A stretch of 64,000 bases of DNA from a virus. The notes below the pieces were generated by a model. It was given only the letters and a program-made list of their open reading frames with translations, ran no database searches and was not told where the DNA came from. Within the stretch, counting starts at the first letter, position 1; each line of letters starts with the position of its first letter. The stretch covers positions 403 through 64,402 of the IMG/VR virus record IMGVR_UViG_3300045988_081377, one strand, 5' to 3'. This document shows positions 41,804 through 50,839 of this stretch, in pieces. The position numbers and the translations under genes are program-made.

Positions 41804-42358
41804 GTGAGATATATCAGAGTAAGGATGCTCGCCAATGATATCTTGATGTCACTTGGGGAGACTTATGCCAGAGTACATTCCGATGAGGAACTTGTACGTG
41901 CTATCAATCATGTAGCCTCTTACGTTAATCTGACTCTGGTAAGAATGGAAAGCCCTTATGTACAGAAAGAAATTAAAGTACCGGCTAAGAAGCGAGGTGT
42001 AGAACTGCCTGATGACTTCTTACAGGTATCACACTTCGGCTCGGATGAGGACAGAGACTTGACGGATGGGCGTGATATGGACGAGTCTCGCCACAATAGG
42101 TATCGCCTTAGGGGAGATAAAGTGTATACATCTCACGATGATATCATGGTATATTACTATCATGTACGTCCTATTATGACCCTTAACGATATTCTCGAAC
42201 TGCCGTATTTCTTTTACCTAATGTTGGTTAGACTTGTTGTTGGTTACATTAATGGGACGATTACTGACGATGGTATTGCATCTACGGTGGCTAAAGAGAT
42301 AGAAGGGCTCATGGCTGACACGGTTGTTATTGATAGGGATTTGCCCTTTTATGTATAA
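41804..42358 (+). CDS. Head-tail adaptor-like protein, paralog 1 of 3
   Basis: GTG start after 'AAGGTGGTG'. Shares 'DEELVRAINHVASYVNLTLV' with the next two ORFs ('DDELIYSLNNAIDSLSMQLT', 'DEEMVAYINDGMNMLWQVLI'). Confidence 0.45.
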   Translation: MRYIRVRMLANDILMSLGETYARVHSDEELVRAINHVASYVNLTLVRMESPYVQKEIKVPAKKRGVELPDDFLQVSHFGSDEDRDLTDGRDMDESRHNRYRLRGDKVYTSHDDIMVYYYHVRPIMTLNDILELPYFFYLMLVRLVVGYINGTITDDGIASTVAKEIEGLMADTVVIDRDLPFYV

Positions 42359-42367
42359 GGAGATAAC

Positions 42368-42814
42368 ATGACAGTAAAACAAATTCTTGTACGAATAAGG
42401 CAGAAGCTCAATGACGTGAGTAAGATTACCTACTCTGACGATGAGCTTATCTACTCCCTTAATAACGCCATTGACTCATTGTCTATGCAGCTTACTGGGG
42501 ATAATGACCCTCGCTACGTTAGGAGTCTTAAAGTGTCTCCTGATAAACCTATAACGAAGCCGGATGACTTTATAGCTTTTGTAGGGCAGTATCCTATCGA
42601 GCTAACAGAGTACGAAGGAAATAAGGTACAGATAAAACTAATGGATGAATATTATCCTGCGGGGTATATGGAACTTAAGTATCATTCCCTTAGACCACAC
42701 GTACATAAGCTGGATGATGTAGTTCCGTTTGAGTCTCCGTTGGATTTAACTACTCTGATTAATTCAGCGGTAGATGAGGTTAAGCCGCCGGAAGCGCAGG
42801 TGACTAACGCATGA
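42368..42814 (+). CDS. Head-tail adaptor-like protein, paralog 2 of 3
   Basis: See 41804..42358. Confidence 0.45.
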   Translation: MTVKQILVRIRQKLNDVSKITYSDDELIYSLNNAIDSLSMQLTGDNDPRYVRSLKVSPDKPITKPDDFIAFVGQYPIELTEYEGNKVQIKLMDEYYPAGYMELKYHSLRPHVHKLDDVVPFESPLDLTTLINSAVDEVKPPEAQVTNA

Positions 42815-43284
42815 CAGGTGATGATTTAATAGAACAGTACGCCATCAAAGAACGTATGTCTGATGCTATCGAGACGGGCTATACGGACGAAGAGATGGTA
42901 GCCTACATTAATGACGGAATGAATATGTTGTGGCAGGTGCTTATTCAGAGGGGGTACCCTGAAACAATCGGTGACTTGACTATCGAAAATGAAGTCACAG
43001 AAATGCCGGAGAGGTTCTGGAAAGTAACGAGTAAGGCACCCGTGTATATCAGGAGAAACAAACTCATATGTGATGGAGACTTGCCGCAGAATATCAGTTA
43101 CTACAAGAAGATGAAAGCTTTACAATATCTATCTGATGATATTGACTTTGGAGATAGTCCGGATACGGACACTCTGTATGATATATTGGCGCAGATTGTT
43201 ATATCGTTAGCTATGATTAATCACGGGTTTAGTATGGAAACAGAAAAGGATTTAGTAGCAGCTGTAATCAAGATGCTGCCGTAA
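42811..43284 (+). CDS. Head-tail adaptor-like protein, paralog 3 of 3
   Basis: ATGA overlap with the previous gene. Shared N-terminal motif. Confidence 0.45.
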   Translation: MTGDDLIEQYAIKERMSDAIETGYTDEEMVAYINDGMNMLWQVLIQRGYPETIGDLTIENEVTEMPERFWKVTSKAPVYIRRNKLICDGDLPQNISYYKKMKALQYLSDDIDFGDSPDTDTLYDILAQIVISLAMINHGFSMETEKDLVAAVIKMLP

Positions 43285-43292
43285 GGTGTTCT

Positions 43293-43442
43293 ATGGAAAA
43301 GATAACCGATAAAAAATTCTTAGACCAACTAAAGAATATACCGCCGTATGTGGACGGTGATGGTTCTGCTTTTGCAAATGCTGTTAAGTATATCTTGCAG
43401 TATATGCAGGCGGAAATTGAAAAGAAAAAAGATAAGGGATGA
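43293..43442 (+). CDS. Small hypothetical protein (49 aa, below the track cutoff)
   Basis: ATG at 43293. MEKITDKKFLDQLKNIPPYVDGDGSAFANAVKYILQYMQAEIEKKKDKG. Confidence 0.35.
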   Translation: MEKITDKKFLDQLKNIPPYVDGDGSAFANAVKYILQYMQAEIEKKKDKG

Positions 43443-43448
43443 TATAGT

Positions 43449-43832
43449 ATGCATGAATTTGATGTACCCGTGTATGATATTGTTATCAATAAAGGGGCTG
43501 ACTTCGTCCTTGACATAGAGCTCGACGACGATAATAACAGCGCTACCCCGTTTGATATGAGCCAGTATAACTTTGCCGCCTGTGTTAAGACCTCTGCAAA
43601 CGAAGATACTCCTATCGTTAGTTTTACCTTTGATAAGAGTAAACTTAACGCTGGGATAATCACAATTAAACTACCGGCGTCTGAAACAAAGAAGCTGCTG
43701 ACTGATGGGGACTACTGGAAAGAGACAACCCAGTATTATTGGGACTTGCTGATGGTGGACGGCAGTAAGAAAGTGACACGTGTATGCCAAGGTACGGTAC
43801 ACGTAAGCCCCGGAATATCTGACATATCATGA
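43449..43832 (+). CDS. Small beta-rich tail-associated protein (paralog of 47026..47364; BppU-N/Ig-like pattern)
   Basis: 'IVINKGADFVLDIELDDDNNSATPFDMSQYNF...IKLPASETKKL...YYWDL' compared with 'IIINQGDDFSMYVTVTDSKNNPVDMTGKEF...CTIPYTETGKL...IYYDI'. Confidence 0.45.
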   Translation: MHEFDVPVYDIVINKGADFVLDIELDDDNNSATPFDMSQYNFAACVKTSANEDTPIVSFTFDKSKLNAGIITIKLPASETKKLLTDGDYWKETTQYYWDLLMVDGSKKVTRVCQGTVHVSPGISDIS

Positions 43833-45604
43833 CAAAGGTAAAATTTAAGAACGGCAACCAGTTTAATACCACTGTCAAGCAGGATAAGCTGTCTGCCGAA
43901 TATCCAAAACAACCTAAGCTAAACATTCCATCAGTTAATAAAAACCCAAAGGTCACTGTCCATAACGCAGGAGAAATTACAGGGCATGTTTCTGTCTCAG
44001 AGATTGAGCAGAAGAAACTCGAAAAGGTTTCTCTTACCAAAGATGGTAGACTGGTGTTTAAGTACGGATGTAATGGCGGTGCAGGTAAGCTAAGCGAAGA
44101 AGATTGGAATAAGCTTGTTGCCGATATAGAAAAGATGATAAAAGAAAACCAGTTAAGCGCAGCAACAAAAGAATACGTAGATAAAAAAATACAGGAAATT
44201 ATAACCGCCGGAGATACCGTACCTGATTATATCAAAAATCAATTACGGCAACTTGGTTTCTTAACATCCGAACTCCAATCAGATTTAGGGAACCTGACAA
44301 ACTCAACCAATGACGCCATACGTGGTTTGCAGAACAAAGATAAAGAAATAGAAGAGAAACAAAAACAAATAAAAGATGAACAGTCAATAACAAACTCCAC
44401 GTTTCATACGCAGATAGAGCAAAACAGCAGGAGTATTACCCAACAGGCTGGATATATTACAGATAACTCTCAGGAGATTACTACGCTCAAACAGACGGCG
44501 GCGGGAATTACTTCGACCGTAAAGGCTAACAAGACATATCAAGATGGTGTTAATAAGGATGTAAACACGGCGGTTAAGAATGTAAGAGATAGGGTTACTA
44601 TTACAGAAGAGGATATCAATGTAATACAGCAGAACGCTAAAGGATTAACTTCCACTGTCGGAAGCAACAAGAGAATACAAGATAAAGTAAACTCTGACCA
44701 AGCGGCTATCAACACCACCGTAAGAAGTGACATTAGCCAAATTAAACAGACGGCTTCTGAAATTAGTACGACCGTTAGAAACAACATAACGGTTACTAAT
44801 TCTAAATTCCAGCAGATGTCTGACCAGATTAGTTTTATGGTAGATAAACGTGGCGTTATTGCTTCTATCAACCTGTCTCCGGAAGGTGTTAAGATAGCGG
44901 GAAAGAGACTGCAAATAGATGGTGACGTTATTATCAGGGCAGAGAACTTAGCCAATAACTCCGTTACTTCTACTAAGATAGTTGGCGGAGCAATTACTAC
45001 CGACAAGATAGCAACCAACGCAGTTACCGCTGACCACATAACAGCTGCCGCTGTTACTGCTAACAAGATAGCGGCGAAAGCTATTACAGCTGATAAGTTA
45101 AATGTTGACAAACTAAGCGCTATTGCATCTGACATTGGCACACTTAATGGCGGAACGATTACAGGAACTAAAATAATTGGCACAAACTTTAAGAACACCA
45201 GTGGCAGTTTTACGGTAGATAACAATGGCGTTATAAAGGGCGCACATATTGTGAGCGGAAGTATTGATGCCGATATCATTAGACGTGCTGGATTTGGTGT
45301 TAGTGCCTCATCCATACGTATTGGAGAAATAAGTATGGTTGCGGACGGTAGACAAGAATATTGGTTTACTATACCGTGTCCTGATGGTTATGTTGTGCGT
45401 CAGTGTTTACCTTTTGTCAGTAACAATTACGGTGGAATAGTCAGCGGAGTATCCTTTAGTGAAAGGGACGAGTGGTCATTTAATGTGATTGTTCGTGATG
45501 GTGGTTACACCTACCATAGCGAATGTACTGGCGCACATTTTGTACCAGCCTTAGAAAAGAACGTAAGGTATGTTTTTAATTATAGGGTGTTGGGTGTAAA
45601 ATAA
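43829..45604 (+). CDS. Tail fibre / needle protein with coiled-coil and 'ITADKI'-type repeats
   Basis: Long heptad-like region, then 'VTSTKIVGGAITTDKIATNAVTADHITAAAVTANKIAAKAITADKLNVDKL', which is typical of phage fibre shafts. Confidence 0.65.
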   Translation: MTKVKFKNGNQFNTTVKQDKLSAEYPKQPKLNIPSVNKNPKVTVHNAGEITGHVSVSEIEQKKLEKVSLTKDGRLVFKYGCNGGAGKLSEEDWNKLVADIEKMIKENQLSAATKEYVDKKIQEIITAGDTVPDYIKNQLRQLGFLTSELQSDLGNLTNSTNDAIRGLQNKDKEIEEKQKQIKDEQSITNSTFHTQIEQNSRSITQQAGYITDNSQEITTLKQTAAGITSTVKANKTYQDGVNKDVNTAVKNVRDRVTITEEDINVIQQNAKGLTSTVGSNKRIQDKVNSDQAAINTTVRSDISQIKQTASEISTTVRNNITVTNSKFQQMSDQISFMVDKRGVIASINLSPEGVKIAGKRLQIDGDVIIRAENLANNSVTSTKIVGGAITTDKIATNAVTADHITAAAVTANKIAAKAITADKLNVDKLSAIASDIGTLNGGTITGTKIIGTNFKNTSGSFTVDNNGVIKGAHIVSGSIDADIIRRAGFGVSASSIRIGEISMVADGRQEYWFTIPCPDGYVVRQCLPFVSNNYGGIVSGVSFSERDEWSFNVIVRDGGYTYHSECTGAHFVPALEKNVRYVFNYRVLGVK

Positions 45605-46543
45605 TTGTTTCAAAATAATATATCAAGAGCACGCAATTACATATCTCCAAATACACTATGTGACGTTTCGTGCGTGTCTCCATGGCTACCTGCGGGATGG
45701 AGTGTGCTTTTAACCAATAGTGGTATGCAAGCTATTTCGTTTCTTATGATGTATTACATGCATCAAGGTTACACTCCCTATTGCCACAATACGGCGTTTA
45801 TAGAAACGAGGCATTTATGCAATGATACTCATGTTATAGATATAATAAGCGACAGTATCCCAGATAAAAGTATTGTGTTTATAGATAATCCTGATTATCT
45901 TGGGTGTTATTTTGACTTAAGTAAATTGTCCATTAAAGTGCATGATGCTAAGTCTATTCTGGTTGTTGATAATACTCGCGTGTCTATATACGGAGATACT
46001 TCATTCAATTATGGCGTTGATTACGTAGTGGAAAGTTATTCTAAGTATGGGGTCGGCAATGGACAAACTCCACTTGGCGGGATATATTTTCGTGCCAATT
46101 CTGTTGAAGAACATCAAAGAATAATTTTATTCGCGGCGGCGTTTGGCGTCTCTGTTATGGAGTCGCAGTGTAAAATTTTATCAGCTGGACTATCCTCGCT
46201 TCGGGCAAGGATGGAGCGGGTAATATGGACGTCGAAACAATTAGACGCAGCTTTGCATGATGCTAATATCCCACATATGTACATCTACGGTTCTGGTATT
46301 TTTAATTTACCATATGATTACCTATATACCATACAAAACGGTAAATACTGGGAAGAGATGAGTGCCTATGGATTTCCTGTATCTACGTATTGTACATGCA
46401 CAGACCACATTCATTTTAACAACCAACATAATGATAGATATTTGAGATTATCGGTTGGGTTAGAAGATACAGACAATTTAGTTGCGGATACTATTGCCGC
46501 ATTAACTAATAAAATTAATTCGCAAAGGTACGACATTAAATGA
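45605..46543 (+). CDS. Cys/Met-metabolism PLP-dependent enzyme homolog (CGS/CBL/MGL family), N-terminally short
   Basis: 'NSGMQAIS', 'LVVDNT', 'GVDYVVESYSKYGVGNGQTPLGG' (Lys in the Schiff-base position), 'LSSLRARMER', 'YLRLSVGLEDTDNLVADTIAAL'. TTG start; the first in-frame ATG is already inside the domain. Confidence 0.65.
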   Translation: MFQNNISRARNYISPNTLCDVSCVSPWLPAGWSVLLTNSGMQAISFLMMYYMHQGYTPYCHNTAFIETRHLCNDTHVIDIISDSIPDKSIVFIDNPDYLGCYFDLSKLSIKVHDAKSILVVDNTRVSIYGDTSFNYGVDYVVESYSKYGVGNGQTPLGGIYFRANSVEEHQRIILFAAAFGVSVMESQCKILSAGLSSLRARMERVIWTSKQLDAALHDANIPHMYIYGSGIFNLPYDYLYTIQNGKYWEEMSAYGFPVSTYCTCTDHIHFNNQHNDRYLRLSVGLEDTDNLVADTIAALTNKINSQRYDIK

Positions 46544-47022
46544 TTAATCAACTTGTTATTAACGAGGACATTATAAATGTAATATTCTTTACTTCTATCT
46601 TGCTAATTGTAGATATAGTCTTGAAGATTACAATAGAAACGGTAGCCTATTTAAGAACCGTAGGCAAGCGTATCACGGTGTGGAACTGTATCACAACGTT
46701 TTGTTGGTACGGTTGGCAGTATGTACCGATAGGTAATGGAAGATACCATCGCTTCCTTATCAGCAAACACTTCCGCTGGGGATTATTCTCTAAGGTGATA
46801 CTCCAATACCCTTTAATATTTTTTATCGGGTATTGTTGTTTCCTACTTCCTAATATCAAGGTAATGGGGTTTGAGTTCGACAACTTCATGGGTTTCTTAT
46901 TTACCTTAATCCCGCCGATATGTGAACTGACTTCTATCATAGAAAAGTTGAACGAGCTCAATGCGGATGTGGTAAGAAAAGGAGAGGATATTATTAGTTT
47001 CATTAGAAGAATGGGGGGGTGA
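46540..47022 (+). CDS. Multi-TM membrane protein, holin-like (phage_holin_4-type C-terminus)
   Basis: 3-4 hydrophobic segments. 'ICELTSIIEKLNELNADV' resembles the 'E..SI.EN....G' motif of that holin family. Confidence 0.4.
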   Translation: MINQLVINEDIINVIFFTSILLIVDIVLKITIETVAYLRTVGKRITVWNCITTFCWYGWQYVPIGNGRYHRFLISKHFRWGLFSKVILQYPLIFFIGYCCFLLPNIKVMGFEFDNFMGFLFTLIPPICELTSIIEKLNELNADVVRKGEDIISFIRRMGG

Positions 47023-47025
47023 TGT

Positions 47026-47364
47026 ATGCAGATTATTATTAATCAGGGCGATGACTTTAGTATGTACGTTACCGTAACTGACTCTAAGAATAATCCTGTT
47101 GATATGACAGGTAAGGAGTTTATATTCTATGGTAAGTACGAACCGATGCAAGGTAAAGATATCGCTTTTACCGGTAAGGTCGTGGTAAGTGGTAATGAAC
47201 TTCATTGTACCATCCCCTACACGGAAACAGGAAAACTTGAGAACCCTGATAAGTGGGCTAAGCGTGGTAAGATATACTACGATATATATTGCAAGACAAC
47301 CCACCAAAGATTACTTTCAGGACCAGCTTTAATTTCCACTGGCATTTCTTATAGGAGACTTTAA
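47026..47364 (+). CDS. Small beta-rich tail-associated protein (paralog of 43449..43832)
   Basis: See 43449..43832. Like its paralog, it directly precedes a fibre gene. Confidence 0.45.
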   Translation: MQIIINQGDDFSMYVTVTDSKNNPVDMTGKEFIFYGKYEPMQGKDIAFTGKVVVSGNELHCTIPYTETGKLENPDKWAKRGKIYYDIYCKTTHQRLLSGPALISTGISYRRL

Positions 47365-47367
47365 TCA

Positions 47368-48825
47368 ATGGATAGAATACCGGATACAATTAATGTTAAT
47401 GTACGTTTTGATGGAGAGGTAGAACACAAAGTAAACGCTGTTATTAACCGAGATGGTAAGGATGGTGTTGATGGGAAAGACGGAGTTACTCCGCAGCTTT
47501 CTATCGGCACAGTTACTACAATGCCAACGGGAGTACAGGCAACAGCTACCATCACTGGCAGTAAAGAACAGCCTATTTTAAACCTTGGACTTCCGAGGGG
47601 GGAAAAGGGCGAGCAGGGTATTCAAGGTCCTAAAGGGATTAAGGGTGACGCTGGAGCTATTGGACCTCAGGGTGTCAAGGGTGATAAGGGAGATAAACCG
47701 CAGGTATCTTTTGCTCTTGATGCTACCGGTAACTTATCTTCTATCGTAGATGGCATGTCGGCAAGTTTAGGGAACGTTAAAGGACCCAAAGGAGATACTG
47801 GTCCGAAAGGTGCAACGGGAGATAAAGGACCCGTGGGACCACAGGGTGTTCAGGGTAAACAAGGCAACACAGGACCTCAAGGACCACAGGGAGCCGCAGG
47901 GGTCAATGGAATAGACGGTAAAGACGGGCAGGCTGCCACCATCATGGTAGGTACTGTTACCACAGTGGAACCTGACCAGATGGCTACGGTGGCTAACGTT
48001 GGAACATCCAACGCCGCTATTCTTAACTTTACAATTCCTAAAGGTATCAAGGGAGATAAAGGGGAAACAGGTCCTCAGGGTGTACAGGGACTAACTGGAC
48101 CTGTTGGACCTAAGGGGGCTACTGGTGACAAGGGTAACACCGGCGAGAAAGGTGATACTGGACCGCAGGGGGTTATGGGACCTAAAGGTGAAGCAGCTAC
48201 TGTTTCTATCGGCTCAGTAGTTACAGGAGAATATGCTACACAGGCATCGGTAACTAATAGTGGTACAGCCAATGCGGCAGTACTAAATTTTGTTATCCCC
48301 AAAGGTAAGGATGGTATCTTAAAGTTTCAAGACTTGACAGAGGCAGAGAAGGCAACACTTAAAGGTGATAAGGGTGACACCGGTCCTAAAGGAGACAAAG
48401 GCGACCCGTTTAAATACACTGACTTTACGCCGGCACAACTCGCAGGACTTAAAGGACCCAAAGGTGACAGGGGCGAGAAAGGACCTAAAGGTGACGTTGG
48501 TCCGAAAGGCGCTGATGGTGCTAAAGGTGAGCAGGGTAATGTTGGACCTATGGGTCCTCAGGGCGCTACCGGTCCCCAAGGACCGATAGGACCTAAGGGT
48601 GCCACGGGAGAAAAGGGTGTAAAAGGTGACACTGGACCTCAAGGTCCTAAAGGAGCTACCGGAGAGAGAGGACCCCAAGGACCGATAGGACCTAAGGGTG
48701 ATGCCGGTACTACCTCGTGGAATGGCATCACTGACAAGCCCGAACTCTTAACTAAAGCTCAAACAATAGCAAAAATTCAGGAAGCGTTTAACGCTCTTGT
48801 TAATGGTAACGAGGTGGCATGGTAA
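47368..48825 (+). CDS. Collagen-like (Gly-X-Y) tail fibre with three interspersed beta modules
   Basis: Long G-X-Y runs ('[40 protein letters not shown]'). Three copies of '..(I/V)G(T/S)V(T/V)T....A.V.N.GT.NAA.LNF.IPKG'. Confidence 0.8.
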   Translation: MDRIPDTINVNVRFDGEVEHKVNAVINRDGKDGVDGKDGVTPQLSIGTVTTMPTGVQATATITGSKEQPILNLGLPRGEKGEQGIQGPKGIKGDAGAIGPQGVKGDKGDKPQVSFALDATGNLSSIVDGMSASLGNVKGPKGDTGPKGATGDKGPVGPQGVQGKQGNTGPQGPQGAAGVNGIDGKDGQAATIMVGTVTTVEPDQMATVANVGTSNAAILNFTIPKGIKGDKGETGPQGVQGLTGPVGPKGATGDKGNTGEKGDTGPQGVMGPKGEAATVSIGSVVTGEYATQASVTNSGTANAAVLNFVIPKGKDGILKFQDLTEAEKATLKGDKGDTGPKGDKGDPFKYTDFTPAQLAGLKGPKGDRGEKGPKGDVGPKGADGAKGEQGNVGPMGPQGATGPQGPIGPKGATGEKGVKGDTGPQGPKGATGERGPQGPIGPKGDAGTTSWNGITDKPELLTKAQTIAKIQEAFNALVNGNEVAW

Positions 48826-49958
48826 TGGAAAACGTTTTAATTGATAGGTATGCTATGCAGGATATTGGTAATGCCATCCGCACAAAAAAACAGAACACCA
48901 CTAAGTTAAAGCCGGCGGAAATGGCTCCCGCTATATTGTCCATTAGTGGAGAAAAATCCTCTAAAGTAACGGTCAATAAAGCTGACCACATTAACACACA
49001 GATAAATGTCTATTGGGGGCAGGAAAGTTTAGTGGCAAATTCAGGGCAGTCCTTTGAGCAGGTTATTAAACCGAATAACATAGACGTGCAGGTATTACTG
49101 AAACCGGATAAAGGGTGGAAAGCTAACGGGTACACTTTATCTAAACCATCTTATGTTTTAGGTGATGATATTGTGGTTACAGTCAGTCAGGCGTTAAAAC
49201 TTGAGGACAAGAAAATTCGATTTGATGTACATAAAGCATCTCGTATTAGCGGTGGTTATGCAATGACACCAAATAACAACTTACCAGAATATACCTACAT
49301 ACCAGAATTAAATGGTAATGGTAATATTATAAAAGCCATGCGAAACCTATCATCTAAGTATGCGGTAGTTATACAAAACACACTTGTTATGTTTATAGCC
49401 CTATTCAATGATGAAGAGTATAGAGGTATTGACATGAGCAAACCGTTGAAAGAATTTAGTTTACTTAGCGTAGACATAGATAACACCGGTCAGGTTATAA
49501 ACGTCGGAAATGTATTAATTGACATTGGAGAAGGGGAGAACCGATACCATTGTCTGGCGTGGCAAAAAGTAGTGTCAAGTGCGACGTTGGATACTTTGTT
49601 TATTGCGATAAGTAACTTTACGGGGTATGTAACACTGACGTCTAACACAAAAAAAATTAATGAATATTTCCCGTTCTTTAAGCTTTATCTGGAGAATGTA
49701 CTTGAACTTTATAACTCCAACGTCCCATGGGAAGAAATCAGAACACTTGGAGAAACCATCGGAGATTTTACGGTACAGACAGATGAGATATACAATTACG
49801 TAATGATACTCAGTGATGGTAGTAAAACGGTACAAGAAAGAGCAAATGCTTTTTATTGTGTGTGTTATCACTATAACCATATAGGCTATCTTGAAATACC
49901 CAATAAACCTATGGATGATATTGACGATAATGTCAGGGTTACTGTGGAACCACAATAA
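48819..49958 (+). CDS. Hypothetical tail/receptor-binding protein
   Basis: 379-aa ORF overlapping the fibre stop (ATG at 48819 or 48825). No motif recognised. Confidence 0.5.
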   Translation: MVMENVLIDRYAMQDIGNAIRTKKQNTTKLKPAEMAPAILSISGEKSSKVTVNKADHINTQINVYWGQESLVANSGQSFEQVIKPNNIDVQVLLKPDKGWKANGYTLSKPSYVLGDDIVVTVSQALKLEDKKIRFDVHKASRISGGYAMTPNNNLPEYTYIPELNGNGNIIKAMRNLSSKYAVVIQNTLVMFIALFNDEEYRGIDMSKPLKEFSLLSVDIDNTGQVINVGNVLIDIGEGENRYHCLAWQKVVSSATLDTLFIAISNFTGYVTLTSNTKKINEYFPFFKLYLENVLELYNSNVPWEEIRTLGETIGDFTVQTDEIYNYVMILSDGSKTVQERANAFYCVCYHYNHIGYLEIPNKPMDDIDDNVRVTVEPQ

Positions 49959-50347
49959 TGAAAGACATTATTAAACGTTGCTCTCGTTATTTAAATATAG
50001 GGTATTCTGTCAAAGGGTACAAGTGGGTAAATACTCTCATGTGGGCGTACATGATTGTATGGTTGTTCTACATGTGTGGTTGGTGTTTTAACTTTTACGT
50101 TAGGGGGATGGCAGATTTGCCGGCTCTTATATCGCTTGGTAGTTTAATGGTATCCCCCGCAGCTATTGCTGCGTTAGTCACTTTTGTTAAGGTTAAGTCA
50201 GATGCTAATAATAATGGCATACCTGATTTATTAGAGGAGAAAAATGCGACAAATATTAGACGTGAGCGGATGGAATACTCCGCCGGACCTATCAATGAAC
50301 GGAGAGATTACGGGAATGATAATCAAAGCGGGAGAGGGGTACCATAA
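49958..50347 (+). CDS. Holin candidate (2 TM) directly upstream of the endolysin
   Basis: 'TLMWAYMIVWLFYMCGWCFNFYV' and 'LPALISLGSLMVSPAAIAALVTFV'. The charged C-terminus overlaps the endolysin start by ~100 nt. Confidence 0.5.
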   Translation: MKDIIKRCSRYLNIGYSVKGYKWVNTLMWAYMIVWLFYMCGWCFNFYVRGMADLPALISLGSLMVSPAAIAALVTFVKVKSDANNNGIPDLLEEKNATNIRRERMEYSAGPINERRDYGNDNQSGRGVP

Positions 50348-50837
50348 CGACGGTGATTTCCTTGACCACTACGGTAACGCAATTGACCAAGGGTTAGACG
50401 TTGGCGTGTATTGGTTTACCCGTGCTACCACTCCAGAGGAAGCTGCTAACGAAGCAAACATATTGGTTGACAGGTTATCTGACATAGACGACATCCAGCT
50501 TAGTTTGGGGATTTGGTTTGATATGGAAGATATGAACATGCCCGATTGTACTCCGTTTGAAAGAAGTAAAATCATCATGGCGTTCATTAATGTTATCACG
50601 GAGTGGAACCATGATGTAATGGTTGGGGTGTATTCCGGTTACTACTGTCTTCGTGATAGTATAGACATGTCAGCTATCCCTGCTTATGTTAAGTATTGGA
50701 TGGCGTATTATGACGATGTACTTCCTGATATAAGCTTTTTCCCCACAGGTAGGATACTTTACGCTTGGCAGTTTACTGATGGGTATTTAATTAACGGTGA
50801 GGAATATGACTCAAGTTATGTATACGAGGGTGATTAA
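50244..50837 (+). CDS. GH25-family muramidase (endolysin)
   Basis: 'ILDVSGWN' (the D-x-S-x-W motif), 'MIIKAGEG', 'GVYWFTRA', 'GIWFDMED'. RBS 'GAGGAG'. Confidence 0.75.
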   Translation: MRQILDVSGWNTPPDLSMNGEITGMIIKAGEGYHNDGDFLDHYGNAIDQGLDVGVYWFTRATTPEEAANEANILVDRLSDIDDIQLSLGIWFDMEDMNMPDCTPFERSKIIMAFINVITEWNHDVMVGVYSGYYCLRDSIDMSAIPAYVKYWMAYYDDVLPDISFFPTGRILYAWQFTDGYLINGEEYDSSYVYEGD

Positions 50838-50839
50838 AA

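Noticed and set aside
44539-45315. Long antisense ORFs inside clear genes (e.g. 44539..45315 -, 40663..41226 -, 8896..9444 -, 1448..1951 -, 59734..60201 -)
   Set aside because: They are shadow ORFs opposite well-supported genes (fibre, MCP, annealase, giant proteins), with low-complexity or Ser/Leu-rich translations and no start context.
47368-48825. Periodic DNA repeats in 47.4-48.8 kb as a non-coding tandem-repeat or CRISPR-like locus
   Set aside because: The periodicity is the 9-nt Gly-X-Y codon pattern of an intact 485-aa ORF.
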